Source: Eledone cirrhosa
Taxonomy: Eukaryota
Reading direction: 5' to 3'
Assembly: GCA_964016885.1 (NCBI GenBank)
Contig: CAXHJY010000144.1
Coordinates: forward strand, 1 to 64,000
DNA length: 64,000 nt
Shown here piece by piece: positions 34,286 through 47,924 of this stretch. Every line of letters starts with the position of its first letter. The stretch's first letter is position 1. The notes under the pieces are model-generated. The model saw only the letters and a program-made list of their open reading frames with translations, did not search any database and was not told the origin of the DNA. A program made the position numbers and the translations under genes.

Positions 34286-37200
34286 TCATCATCATCATCA
34301 TCATCATCGTTTAATGTCCCTGCTCCACGCTTGCATGGGTTTGGACGGGAGTTTTCCCACTTGAGGCAAGAGTCGTTGTCTTGCTCGCATAGGACTGTCT
34401 GGCGGGTTTTCTACAGCTGGATGCCCTTCCTAACACCAACCACATTTACAGTGTGGGACTGGGAGGTTTTTACCGTGTTGCCTACACGGCCACATTACAG
34501 CGTGGACTGTGTGTTTTTTTGTCGTGACACCTACACAATCTCATTTGTTTCGGCCTGGATGTTGTGGCACCAACATAACTTTACATTGAAAGGGGCGGTG
34601 TGGATGGGGTGGGGATAGTGGGACGGGGGTGTAATTTGTTAGAGGTGCCTACTGACTGTAGTAGGTTTCACTTTGTACTTAGGTAAGGCGGGTCTTCTCT
34701 ATTACTGTGTAGCGCCAAAGCTCTCGGTCCAGTGACATTGTCTTGGAGAGGTGTAAGTGTGTGAGGTCGGAGTTTATCAGGTTGTCCCAGGTTTTTCTGG
34801 GTCTGCCTACTCCGTGGCTACCATCTATCTTTATTGCCCTGCACTTTGCTATACAGCTGTCGTCTTTCATGCGCATCACGTGACCATACCAATGTAGCCT
34901 TCTCTCGAGTAAACAACATCTGATCCCTCTTATTTCTAATTTTTTCCTTAGTTCGTTTATGCTTTGCCGTTCGCGTATATTACTATTACACATCCAGCGG
35001 AGCATGCAAGCTTCGTTCCTCTCTAGTCTGCATATATCCTCTGCACACATTGCCCAGGTCTCACTGCCATGCAACATTGCTGTTCGTATGCAGGCATCAT
35101 ACAACCTGCCTTTCATTTTTAGGGAGAACCCTTTAGCGGCTAATAGTGGTATAAGCTCTCTGAACTTTTTCCATCCAGTTCTGACTCTAGCTACTGTACT
35201 TTCAGAGCACCCTCCTCCACTGCTGATTTTGTCACCCAGGTAATGGAAGCTGTCCACTATTTCTATAGAACCCTCTGCGCAATTGAAAGAGCTAGTATTT
35301 GTGGGCACTTGCTGCTACTTATTGCACCAGAGCACTGGCCACATGTAAAATCTATGTTTTTAGTTAGCTTACCTATGATCCCACTACATCTTTTATGCAC
35401 CCATACTTTGCATTTGGGACATAAAATGGAGTTTCTACCTACACCTTTCCTACACACTGAGCATGGCCATTTCCCGGAAGGGACCGGCGCCTTATTTTCT
35501 TTCCTACAAACTAGAACTTTAGTCTTAGCCAGGTTAATTTTAAGGCCTTTTGATTCTAGGCCGTGCTTCCATGTTTGGAATTTCTTCTCTAGCTCGGCCA
35601 TTGATTCAGCTATGAGCGTTAGATCATCTGCGTATAGGAGTTCCCATGGGTAGCCGGTCTTGAACTCCACTGTTATAGCCTGAAGGGCAATAATAAATAG
35701 TAGGGGGCTAAGAACAGAGCCCTGATGAACACCAACTTTTACGCTAAACTCTTCACTATATTCGTTGTTTATTCTCACCTTGCTGACTGCTTATTTATAC
35801 ATGGCTTGTATAGCTCTCACAAGCCATTCATCAACACCTAGTTTTCTAAGAGCCCACCAGATAATGGAATGGGGGACTCTGTCGAAGGCTTTCTCCAAGT
35901 CGACAAAGGCTAAGTATAGGGGGTTTACACCACCCCTTTCACGTGCATCACGTGACCGTACCAACGTAGTCTTCTCTCAAGTAAACAACATCTGATCCCT
36001 CTTATTTCTAATTTTTCCCTTAGTTCATTTATGCTTTGCCGTTCACGTATATTACTATTACACATCCAGCGGAGCATGCAAGCTTCGTTCCTCTCCAGTC
36101 TGCGTATATCCTCTGAACACAATGGCCAGGTCTCACTGCCATGTAACATTGCTGTTCGTATGCAGGCATCATACAGCCTGCCTTTCATTTTTAGAGAGAA
36201 CCTTTTAGCGGCTAATAGTGATATAAGCTCTCTGAACTTTTTCCATCCAGTTCTGACTCTAGCTACTGTACTTTCAGAGCACCCTCCCCCACTGCTGATT
36301 TTGTCACCCAGGTAACGGAAGCTGTCCACTATTTCTATAGAACCCTCTGCGCAATTGAAAGAGCTAGTATTTTGTGGGCACTTGCTGCTACTTATTGCAC
36401 CAGAGCACCGGCCACATATAAAATCTATCTTCTTAGTTAGCTTAACTGTGATCCCACTACATCTTTTATGCACCCGTACTTTGCATTTGGGACATAAAAT
36501 GGAGTTTCTACCTACTCCTTTCCTACACACTGAGCATGGCCATTTCCCGGATGGGACCGGTGCCCTATTTTCCTTCCTACAAACTAGAACTTTAGTCTTA
36601 GACAGGTTAATTTTAAGGCCTTTTGATTCTAGACCATGCTTCTTGTCTAGTTCAGCCATTGATTCAGCTATGAGCGTTAGATCATCTGCGTATAGGAATT
36701 CCCATGGGCAGCCGGTCTTGAACTCTTCTGTTATAGCCTGAAGGGCAATAATAAATAGTAGGGGGCTAAGAACAAAGCCCTGATGAACACCTACTTTTAC
36801 GCTAAACTCTTCGCTATATTCGTTGTTAATTCTAACCTTGCTGACTGTTTCTTTATACATGGCTTGTATAGCTCTCACAAGCCATTCATCAACACCTAGT
36901 TTTCTAAGAGCCCACCAGATAATGGAACGGGGGACTCTGTCAAAGGCTTACTCCAAGTCGACAAAGGTTAAGTATAGGGGTTTACTTTTAGCTAGGTACT
37001 TCTCCTGTAGTTGTCGTACAATGAAAAGAGCGTCTGTGGTACTTTTACCTGACACAAACCCGAACTGCATTTCATCTAGATCAATTCGCTCTCTGATTAG
37101 TTGCGCTATTACTATTTCTGTGACCTTCATGACCTGGTCGAATTATTTAATGCCACTATTGTTACCCCTATCTAGAGCATCTCCTTTACCCTTGTAGCAG

Positions 37201-37386
37201 TTAATGATGATGCTGCTACGCCAGTCCTTCGGAACAACCCCATTCTGTATGACTTGGTTTACTATCCGGGTGACCATAGTGTGTCCCACCGTTCCAGAAT
37301 GATATATATATCTATATATATATGATATATATATATATATATATATATGATATATATATCTATATGATATATATATCTATATGATA

Positions 37387-37484
<98 letters not shown>

Positions 37485-37865
37485 ATTAACAAATGGAAAC
37501 TATATTTATAATCAGATTTCATCTGTCGCCTTCAGCAGATTAACTTTCAAGAAATCCCACTGTTCCTCTATATCGTACGTCTCTAATTGCTCTTCCTTAC
37601 TGTCAAAAGCATCAAGTAATATGTTTTTAAATTTGTTATTGGCTGTGGGGTCCTTCAACTTCCATATTCTTCTCCTCAAAGTAGTCCTCCTCTGTCGTTG
37701 AGTACGTCTCACTAACTATTAGGCTATGTTGGTAGGTGCAATATTCACGGGGGAGGGACTTAGTGTTTACAACATACACTCTGTCACGTCTTCTGGTAAG
37801 GATTTAATCTACCTGGCTGGCGTACTCCCCTGATCTATAGGTGATCGAGTGATTGTGTCTGTTCA
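34286..37865 (-). mobile_element. Three stacked RTE fragments (34286-35925, 35938-37298, 37510-37865)
   Basis: RT ORFs 34679-35308, 35263-35778, 35925-36878 and 37512-37712. Confidence 0.9.
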
Positions 37866-38784
37866 AGCTAATATCTACTGGTGTCTAAATGTTTGAAATT
37901 ATTTTACTACCATTGTATAAATTTACAGTAGAATAAAGGTATGTTGTTCCTGAAGAACTAGGATTCATTTTTAACTTGAGATACACGGAAAAATTTATGG
38001 GGGGGGGGGGGCGATTTTCATGCGAGTATATACGATAGGTAATGTTACGCAAGACAAGGGTTTATTTCTGACGACGCTATTCTATACGAATACCCACAAT
38101 CACTATTTACCAAAAGGTAAAACAACGTTTATGGATCGTTTCGGTTGATTGAAGTCATGTTATTGTTTTAATAGAGATCTCTCACACAGGCACTATACCT
38201 TAAGCTTTAATTAATGAAGTTAATTATATCGACTATTACATATTTTATCGTTTCCGGAAACAAGAGCATATTAAGCTTGGCTGGAATTTCTATCGGAGCC
38301 CTTACTTACAATCTATGATAGCAAACTAAAAATAATTTGGAACCCTTTAAATATTGTGATGCACCTGGGTATAACCTAGTCAGCCTTAATCCGCCACGTA
38401 ACACCCTCAAGCCCCCCCCCCCTAATTCCAGACCTGCCTACACGCAAATTATAAATAATATATATACTATCATTTGATAGTATATTTGATAGTACACTAT
38501 TTGATAGTATACCCTTTGATAGTATACTATTATATAATCTCTACCCGCCCACTTAGGCCCCAGCGCAACCTGGACCTTCTCAAGGCCTTCCGGGGGCGGT
38601 AGCTTCCACTTTGAGAACCTCTGGTGTAAACGAAGTTAACCTCGGTGTGATTTGAACACGGAAATGTAAAATGAAACTAAATACAGCAAATAATTTTCTC
38701 CATAACTATTGATCCATTTGGCATATATTTTAAAACTTTCGAAGTTTAGTGCATAATTAGTTCATTATTTTACGATTGTTTTAC

Positions 38785-38980
38785 GGCGGTGAATTGGCAG
38801 TATCGGTAGCGAGTTGGACGCCATGCTTTGACGCATAGAGTTACTGCCCTTGCCATTCTGAGTTCAAATCCCGCCGAGGTTAACTTTGCCTTTCATCCTT
38901 ACGGGGTCGATAAAATAAAGTACCAGTAATGTACTGAGTAATTGCTGGCCTTAGAATTGCTAAAAGTAGAAACAATTATT
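38785..38980 (+). mobile_element. tRNA-derived SINE (family A)
   Basis: Homologous to 4808-4998. Confidence 0.85.
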
Positions 38981-39196
38981 TTACGATTGTTTCAGAAGGT
39001 TGATTGATATAGTAATGTTATGAAAATAATCGTCAAAAGTTAAAAATTACTTACGTTACGTAATTTCTTTGTTACTATTAGCCATCTAATAATTTCGGTA
39101 TCACGATAGTGATACTAAGCAAGTTATGAAGGCAGGTAGTTTAGCGATAGAGAATTGAACGAAAGCGAAAATAAGAGTGCCACCGGAAATAACAGC

Positions 39197-39665
39197 TGTG
39201 AAATATACAGCGCCATCTACCTGTTAGCTAGCTACTCAACGTGAAACAAAAGAACCCTTAGAACCTACCAGAATTAGAACCTACTAGAATAAACGCCTAC
39301 ACATCGACTAAACAACAAAGGATTGTTCCTGTATAAATAGAGTGGTTCCTAACACTTTCGCTAGTCGATTTTTGGCAGAGTCAGCTAGCGCATCGTTGTT
39401 CCTTTACTCTGCCACGCTTTGTCACTCACACACGCATTGCCTTGTACCCCGTATCGTTGCTTCATGTGAAAATAAATAGCTGATCGAATTTACATCTCGC
39501 CTTGCTTCGTCCTTTCAACTTGTGCTTTCGTCTGTCCATCCTCAACAGTTCTTTTAAGGGCTATCTTCATATCTGATCAGACCGTATGCGATAACAGTCC
39601 TTCTAAGGACTATTCTCGGATCTGATCAGAAGTAGTGACTAGACTGACCAACCAGCGTCGCTACA
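39197..39665 (+). mobile_element. Possible solo LTR
   Basis: TG...CA ends, TATAAATA at ~39332, AATAAA at ~39471. No clear target-site duplication. Confidence 0.35.
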
Positions 39666-39745
39666 CATACACAAATACACGCACAGACAGACATACAGAT
39701 TTACCTAGTTGATGTTATCTAATTTCCAATGAGTTCAAATTTCCA

Positions 39746-40936
39746 TGAGTTCAAATCCCGCCGAGGTTAACTTTGCCTTTCATCCTTACGGGGTCGATAA
39801 AATAAAGTACCAGTAATGTACTGGTTAATTTGCTGGCCTTGTGCCAATAGTAGAAACAGTTATCTAATTTCCAATGAAAGAGTCTTGCTTTTGTGTTAGA
39901 AAAAAATGTTTCATAATGGTTTCTTATTTAAGCTCAAGACCAACAATTTTGGGGTAGGAGGAAAGTCGATTAAATTGACCTCAGTGCGTTACTGGTACTT
40001 TATTTTATCGACCTACTAAGGATGACGGGCAAAGCTAACCTCGGCGGGATTTGAACTCAGAATGTAAAGGACCGTAACTCTATGCCGCGAAGTAGGGTGT
40101 CCGACACTCTACCGATACTGCCAATCCACTGCCCTTAAGGATGAAAGGCAAAGGTAACCTCAGCAAGATTTGAACTCAGATCGTAAAGGGCCGTAACTCT
40201 ATTCCATAAAGTATATTGTCCAACGTTCCACAGATACTGCCAATAATAATAATAATTGTTTCTACTTTTGGCACAAGGCCAGCAATTATCCCAGTGCATT
40301 ACTGGTGCTTTATTTTATCGATCCCGTAATGATGAAAAGCAAAGTTAACCTCGGTGAGATTTGAACTCAGATCGTAACGGGCCGTAACTCTATGCTACAT
40401 AGCATGGCGTCCGACCGTCTACCGATACTGCCAATAATAATAATTGTTTCTACTTTTGGCACAAGGCCAGCAATTATTCCAGTGCATTACTGGTGCTTTA
40501 TTTTATCGATCCCGTCATGATGAAAAGCAAAGTTAACCTCCGCGGGGTTTGAACTCAGAATGGCAAGGGCCGTAACTCTATGCGTCAAAGCATGGCGTCC
40601 GACCCTCTACCGATACTGCCAATCCACCGCATAATAATTGTTTCTACTTTTGGCACAAGGCCAGCAATTACACAATACATTACTGGTACTTTATTTTATC
40701 GACCCCGTAAGGATGAAAGGCAAAGTTAACCTCGATGGGATTTGAACTCAGACCGTAATAAGACGTAACTATGCTAGAAAGCATGACGTCCAACCCTCTA
40801 CCGATACTGCCAAATCGTCGCCCTCCGCATAATAATTGTTTCTACTATTTGCACAAGGCCAGCAATTACCCAGTACATTACTGGTACTTCATTTTATCGA
40901 CCCCGTAAGGATGAAAGGCAAAGTTAAACTCGGCGG
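39746..40936 (-). mobile_element. Cluster of ~7 family-A SINE copies (one partial + copy, then head-to-tail - copies)
   Basis: Repeated aattgtttctact...atttgaactcag...accgatactgccaa units. Confidence 0.88.
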
Positions 40937-41039
40937 CAACCAGAATATGCATGCATACACACACAAATGCGTGCATGCATGCATATTATCGGGCAGCTGA
41001 CATACATATATAAAGAACAGCTGACTCCCTCCATAAAAT

Positions 41040-41270
41040 CGGAGTGACAGCAGAACGTCTGAGGAAGGAACCCCGTGAGATGAGGTGGCTGTTGCAGCGA
41101 GTGTCGCTGGCCATAGTCTGCGGAAATGCCTTTGCCATTTGTCCGCGGTGTAGAGTATGTCACCCTCTCCCCTTCCCCTTTTCTTTCTTCCTTTGTCTAG
41201 TAGCCCTTGCTCTTCCCCTCATTTATGGCATAGTCCTTCCCAATACTGTTTTCTTTTTATGTCATTAATC
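41040..41270 (+). mobile_element. CRE-like LINE 3' remnant
   Basis: EPREMRWLLQRVSLAIVCGNAFAI. Confidence 0.65.
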
Positions 41271-42044
41271 AACTATTTACCGTATCACTGTAGTAAATAC
41301 GAACGTTTGACCGCGCCGTCATCGACTAAAAGGAATTACGACGATCGCTACATTAAATCTCCATGCGCTTAAGGCGCCAAAATAAAGGTTTTAACTATAG
41401 GAGTGACTTCCCTTGTTTGATGGTAGACGTGACCAATGTATCATCGCAAAGCAATTTATTTAAAGTGCTTAATATAAACACACGCGCACACACATATATA
41501 TGTATATAAATATATATACCCACACATACATGTTAGTTGAGAAAGAGAGAGTGGGGTATAGTGCCGATATGTATGCAAGCTGGTGTATCCTTTGCTCTCA
41601 ACTTTGATTAGAAGGTAGGTCTCAGTTATTATAAATTATAGCCAACCGCGCTCCTCTTTCGAAGACCTTGTAAAGGTCCATTTTAAAGTCGTGATGTCTT
41701 GCACATGGCATGGGATTCATTACCGCGGTGCATAGATATGTAATTCACATTCCTTAAAAACTATTTACTAACAAGTGCTTGCACACACGCGTACCCTACA
41801 TGCATGCATACATAGATACACACGTTCGTACATATATACATGTACAACATGCATATGAATATATTTACCGTTGCATGTATGTATTTATATGTGCAGGATG
41901 TGTGTGTATATAATAGAGCTATATATGAAAGCATATACGATATTTTTATATATATAATCAGTATACAAGTTTCGCTATTAGTGTTTTAAGTTGTTACTTT
42001 GTATCCAACTCTGTTCTGTACTGTTAGTTTTATTCATCATTAGT

Positions 42045-42345
42045 GTGGAGGCATATGGCTTAATGATTAGAGCGTTGGATTTACAATCTTGAGGTTGTGA
42101 GTTCGATTCCCTTACCGGGTGATGTTTTGTGTTCTTGAGCAAGGCACTTTATTTCATGTTGTTCAGTTTACTCAGCTGTAGAAATTAATTTTTACATAGC
42201 CTTTCACTTGGAAAGCATGTGTAGCATGGAGAGGAGAGACATGTATGGATGGGTGACTGCTAATCTCCCACAAAAACACTTTGCCCCGACTTGTGCCTCG
42301 AAAGGGAAACTTTCATGGTGCAAATTCCATGGTCATTCGTGACTT
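42045..42345 (+). mobile_element. tRNA-derived SINE (family B)
   Basis: A box tggcttaatgattag, B box gagttcgattcc, core cttgagcaaggcact. Homologue at 53435-53580. Confidence 0.8.
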
Positions 42346-42679
42346 TTAATGCCCTGTATCACATGAAACCACATTAGCAAGACAGTCATGAGAAGTATAT
42401 TACAACACTATGAGTACATCACATTAAAAAATTTGTCTTTATTCTAATACTGTAGATATTCTCAACAATCTGTCCACTAATAAAGTTACTATAAACATTT
42501 GAATTAACAAATGTTTTGTTTTTTAATATTTTCTGCTAAAATTACATGGTGTTAAGAGTTAATGTGTCATTGTTCATCTGTGTATTTCACTTTCATACTC
42601 GCCCCATACTTTTGTGGCCAATAAAAAGAAAATATTGTTATTATTGTTGTTTCTTCAAACGTTTATAACCAATTTTCTG

Positions 42680-42700
42680 ATACATTATTGTTGTATTTCA
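42680..42700 (+). promoter_or_regulatory. Splice acceptor of the zinc-finger coding exon
   Basis: ttattgttgtatttcag| about 125 nt upstream of the ATG. Candidate donor gaag|gtaggt near 41614. Confidence 0.55.
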
Positions 42701-42824
42701 GAATTCACCAAACATTTCCTCGTAAATCAGTTGTCATTTCCTGCAACAATTCAAGGATTTTTTTAATATAAAAAACAAATCTAATTTTGGAAAAATGAAT
42801 TTCTATTTTGTATTTTAACAAAAT

Positions 42825-44150
42825 ATGGATTCTTTAGCCCTGAGTGAATTCAATGGTAACCTCTCTCCATCAATAACACCTCTACAGACTGAAGAAATAC
42901 ACAAGCAGCTGAACTCTAAACCAGTTTTCCCCAATGACTTCCATTTGAAACAATCCCCATGGGCCTTTAGTTTAGAAAAGTGCAACATGAAAGATAACAA
43001 TATGTCTCAACAACCATATATTCAAGATTTATCATCCAATGTTAATAGTCCAGTGGTCAGTCAAAAATCCTGTACTCCGATGAACAGCACAGATCGTAAT
43101 TTATACTCAAAAAATTTCTTATTAATGCCATCAATTCAAACCCTACAGCAAGACCAAAAATCAAAGGCTTCCATTTCTGATCAACATTGTTATAAAAGCA
43201 ACATGATTTGCCATGTCGATGGCTGCCAAGACCACAATATCAGGACTACTACCTCGAAAACACTCAATATTCCTACTGTGAGGTGTCAGAAGAATCACGA
43301 ACAACATTCTCAATCTAATAAAGATAGATGTACTCCTGGCCAGGAGTTTGAGTCACAACGATTCCACTGCACAGTTTGCAGTAAGAGCTATGCACGATCT
43401 AATCAACTTGTATGCCACAACAGGGTCCACACAGGAGAAAAGCCTTATCCCTGTGATGAATGTGAAAAGAAATTTACTCGCTCAGATCAATTGAAGTACC
43501 ACAAGCGCACCCACAGTGGAGAGAAGCCTTACCAGTGTACATTTTGTCCAAAAAGCTTTGCACGTTCAGACAAACTGAAATGCCACATTCGTGTTCACAC
43601 GGGTGAAAAACCATACCACTGCGTGACATGTGGCAAGCAGTTTGCCCGCTCTGACAAACTACGAGCCCATGAGCGCATACACACTGGTGAAAAGCCCTAC
43701 CATTGTGACCTTTGCCCAAAAACATTTGCTCAGTCCGACAAACTACGCTGTCATAGGCGTGTCCATACTGGGGAGAAACCCTACCATTGCAGTGAATGCG
43801 GCAAACAGTTCTCCCGCTCTGACAAACTTGTCCAGCACAAACGAATTCACACTGGGGAAAGACCATTTCGTTGTAATATTTGTTCAAAACAGTTTCTCCG
43901 TTCTGATAAAATGCAATTGCACCGGAAAACCCATTTTGTTGCACCATCAACAGTTTTGTTACCAAAAACAACTGTAAAACAGCAGTGTCCAAAGTTAAAC
44001 AGCCATACAGAAGCTCGCCCCTCAATTAGTTCAACTTTAACCAACGATGATGTTATCTGCATTGATGATACTGAACTGGCTGTCCTTACAAATAAAAACT
44101 TAAAGGACTACATACCAAATAACCCCTATTTCTGGCATACAGTCAACTGA
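42825..44150 (+). CDS. C2H2 zinc-finger protein, 7 tandem Kruppel-type fingers, 441 aa
   Basis: Seven CxxC-x12-HxxxH fingers with TGEKP-type linkers. Intact ORF. Confidence 0.95.
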   Translation: MDSLALSEFNGNLSPSITPLQTEEIHKQLNSKPVFPNDFHLKQSPWAFSLEKCNMKDNNMSQQPYIQDLSSNVNSPVVSQKSCTPMNSTDRNLYSKNFLLMPSIQTLQQDQKSKASISDQHCYKSNMICHVDGCQDHNIRTTTSKTLNIPTVRCQKNHEQHSQSNKDRCTPGQEFESQRFHCTVCSKSYARSNQLVCHNRVHTGEKPYPCDECEKKFTRSDQLKYHKRTHSGEKPYQCTFCPKSFARSDKLKCHIRVHTGEKPYHCVTCGKQFARSDKLRAHERIHTGEKPYHCDLCPKTFAQSDKLRCHRRVHTGEKPYHCSECGKQFSRSDKLVQHKRIHTGERPFRCNICSKQFLRSDKMQLHRKTHFVAPSTVLLPKTTVKQQCPKLNSHTEARPSISSTLTNDDVICIDDTELAVLTNKNLKDYIPNNPYFWHTVN

Positions 44151-44325
44151 GGGCTACGTACCCCTTAAACTCTACTTTAGGCCTACATTCAACCGGGGCT
44201 TATATACCCCTTAACCCCTACTCAGGCCTACATTCAACTGAGGATTACATAACCCTTGACCCCTAATTCAGGCCTACACTGAACTGAGGACCCTATAAAC
44301 CCTACTTCAAGCTTGTATTCAACTA
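44144..44325. repeat. ~42-46-bp degenerate tandem repeat starting at the stop codon
   Basis: caactgagg...cccctt...aggcctacatt, about 4 copies. Confidence 0.75.
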
Positions 44326-44874
44326 ACAGTAGAACTCTAGTCTATTTTCATTTTAAGAAACAACAACATGAACTAGTGACAATGAGATATATATATATAT
44401 GTGTGTGTAGCCCCAAGTATTCTAATAAATAGGAGACTTAGAACGGGGACTTGGTGAACACCAAACTAAATTCATGGGATTTTCTGCTAAATCTGTCATG
44501 GCTTACAGCACTTTCATACATCAATAGAATTACTCTTATAAGCCATCATCTTTATTCAGTATCTCCAAACTTTATTCTACAAAAGGTCTACTCTAGTAGG
44601 TTTGTTCTTAGCTATGAACTTTCTTTGCAGTTATTGTGCTAGAAAAAATGGGTTTTTTTGTGATTCTATACCCAGGAACAAGCCTTAACTGCATTGCTCT
44701 TCTGATTTACACAAACTTTGCTATCACTCTCAACTACTTTCAATAATAGATACATCACTTTTGTGAAACGTTTTTGGTTACAGTTTCATTCAATCAGGAC
44801 TGACGTGAGAGATAATCAACAAGGACATAATTAATTAAGCAAGTAACTACCATAATAGTGACATATTCTGCAAT

Positions 44875-45210
44875 TTTTCCATCACCTCACTGACTCTCTT
44901 GTCACCCTATAGTATTCCCACTTTCATCACCTCACTGACTCTCCTTTCACCCTACAGTATTCCCACTTTCATCACCTCGCTGACTCTCCTTTCACCCTAC
45001 AGTATTCCCACTTTCATCACCTCGCTGACTCTCCTTTCACCCTACAGTATTCCCACTTCATCACCTCACTGACTATCCTATCATCCTACAGGTTTCCCAC
45101 TTTCATCACCTCACTGACTTGCCTATCACCCTACAGTGTTCCCACTTTCATCACCTAACTAACTCTCCTGTCACCTTACAGTGTTCCCACTTTCATTACA
45201 TTACTGACTA
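44875..45210. repeat. ~44-bp minisatellite (~7 copies)
   Basis: ttcccactttcatcacctcactgactctcctttcaccctacagta units. Confidence 0.92.
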
Positions 45211-45824
45211 TTCCATGACTCCACATGTCAGCCAGTTATTGCATTCCTGACCTTGCTAAAACTAACCTCAATAACAGCTTTCTTTGTTGCTTCCACTTAT
45301 CATAGACTGTCAGTATCCTATTCATAGTCCTCCATCAGTCTCTCTACTACGTAACTTTCATGGATTTGCTTAGTCAGGACTGGCCTGAACTTAAAAATCA
45401 ACAACCTCTCTCTACAACAGAACTCTCATAGGCTTGTTATATCAAGACTGACCTGAAGCTAAACAACAAAATCAACTTATCAAGACAGAGCTCTCGTGGG
45501 CTTGCTGTGGCTAAACTGTAGCAATAACCTCTCATAGGCCTGCTGTAGCTAAACAGCAACAACTTCTCTCTACAACAGAACTCTCATGGGCCTGTTGAGG
45601 TTAAAGAATAATATCAACCACTCTCTACAATAGACTTCTCTCTGTGACATTTTCTGTTTCCAGTCACTTGAACCAAGTGTCCTCTCAGACACACTTCAAC
45701 TCACTGGCACCTTGTTTCAAATGAACACATTTTCTTGCAAGTCAAAATATATTTTATGTCTCTCATGTGAAATGTACATGTGTGTGTATACACAAACACA
45801 TACATATATATACATACATACATA

Positions 45825-45865
<41 letters not shown>

Positions 45866-45915
45866 ACTTATATAAATATATATATATACATATATATATA
45901 CATATATATATATAT

Positions 45916-47109
45916 GAAATGGTCGTGCTCGGTGTGTAGGAAAGGCGTAGGTAGAAACTCCATTTTATGTCCTAAATGCAAAGTATGGGTGCATAAAAGA
46001 TGTAGTGGGATCACAGGTAAGCTAACTAAGAACATAGATTTTACATGTGGCCGGTGCTCTGGTGCAATAAGTAGCAGCAAGTGCCCACAAACTACTAGCT
46101 CTTTCAATTGCGCAGAGGGTTCTATAGAAATAGTGGACAGCTTCCGTTACCTGGGCGATAAAATCAGCAGTGGGGGAGGGTGCTCTGAAAGTACTGTAGC
46201 TAGAGTCAGAACTGGTTGGAAAAAGTTCAGAGAGCTTATACCACTATTAGCTGCTAAAGGGTTCTCACTAAAAATGAAAGGCAGGTTGTACGATGCCTGC
46301 ATACGAACAGCAATGCTGCATGGCAGTGAGACCTGGGCATTGTGTGCAGAGGATATACGCAGACTAGAGAGGAACGAAGCTTGCATGCTCCGCTGGATGT
46401 GTAACAGTAATATACGTGAACGGCAAAGCATAAACGAACTAAGGAAAAAATTAGAGATAAGAGGGATCAGATGTTGTTTACTCGAGAGAAGGCTACGTTG
46501 GTATGGACACGTGATGCGCTTGAAAGTCGATAGCTGTATAACAAAGTGCAGGGCAATAAAGATAGACGGTAGTCACGGAATAGGCAGACCTAGAAAAACC
46601 TGGGACGAGCTGATAAACTCCGACATCACACACTTACACCTCTCCAAGACAATGTCACTGGACCGAGACCTTTGGCGGTACTCAGTAACAGAGAAGACCC
46701 GCCTTACCTAAATATATAGTAAAACCTACTCCAGCCAGTAGGCATCTCTAACAAAATACACCCCGTCCCACCACCCCCACCCCCACCCGATCCACACCAC
46801 CCCGTTCTATGTAAAGTTATGTTGGTGCCGCGCCATCGAGGCCGAAACAAATGAGATCGTGTAGGTGTCACGACAAAAAACACACAGTCCACGCTGTAAT
46901 GTGGCCGTGTAGGCAACACGGTAAAAACCTCCCAGACCCACACTGTAAATGTGGTTGGTGTTAGGAAGGGCATCCAACTGTAGAAAACCTGCCAGACAGT
47001 CCTATGCGAGCAAGACAATCACTCTTGCCTCAAGTGGGACTACCCCCGTCCAAACCCATGCAAGCGTGGAACACGGACGTTAAACGTTGATGATGATGAT
47101 GATGATGAT
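45916..47109 (+). mobile_element. Young RTE 3' fragment
   Basis: Intact RT C-terminus, 3' UTR and (GAT)n tail. TA-flanked. Confidence 0.93.
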
Positions 47110-47790
47110 ATATATATATATACACACGTGTGTGTGTGGGCGTGTAACTCCTGGGTGATGAACAGCATGTCTTCAGTATGTTATACGTGGCGGAGCCCAT
47201 CCTTTCTCCAGGCTGGAATGCAGCTGATTTCTTCTTGAGAAGGAGAAAGAGAGGAAGTAAGAAAGCAATATAGAGAAAGAATCAACCCCAGTACTGGTTC
47301 TTTTTTTTATTGACCTTCAAAGGATGAAAGGCAAAGTTGGCATTGGCGAGATTTGAAGTCAGATTGCAGAAATCTGGAACAAATATTATCAAAGCATTCT
47401 AGCCCAAGTAACAACTCTGCCAATATGGTGCACTATATATATATTCACACACAAGTGGCATCCACCCACTGAAAGCTTTCCAGGCAGAGGGTTGGGAGGA
47501 CCCTTCAGCTGTGTCAGGGACATGACAGCCTCCGTAGTGTTCGTAATCTACACAATAAACACAATCAGTACACACTGTAAAGTGGTTGGTGATAGGAAGG
47601 GCATCTAATCATAGAAATCTTGTCAAACTAAAAGGTTGGGAGGATCCTTCAGTTGTGTCAAAGGCATGACAACCTCTCCTGTGCACTTGGTGGAGCATTG
47701 ACCATACATAATGCTAGACACAGATCTCTGGCCTGCCTGGGAGATCAGTGACTCCACCTCAGTATTGACGATGATGATGATATACGCACG

Positions 47791-47918
<128 letters not shown>

Positions 47919-47924
47919 TATATA

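Noticed and set aside
37945-38100. CTGAAGA and CTGACGA heptamers
   Set aside because: No flanking stems I-III. Such heptamers are expected by chance.
43474-44025. Antisense and alternate-frame ORFs over the zinc-finger array and over the RT ORFs
   Set aside because: Shadow ORFs of the real coding frames.
44875-45210. Regular repeat array resembling CRISPR
   Set aside because: Units are contiguous without unique spacers, there are no cas genes, and the context is eukaryotic. It is a minisatellite.
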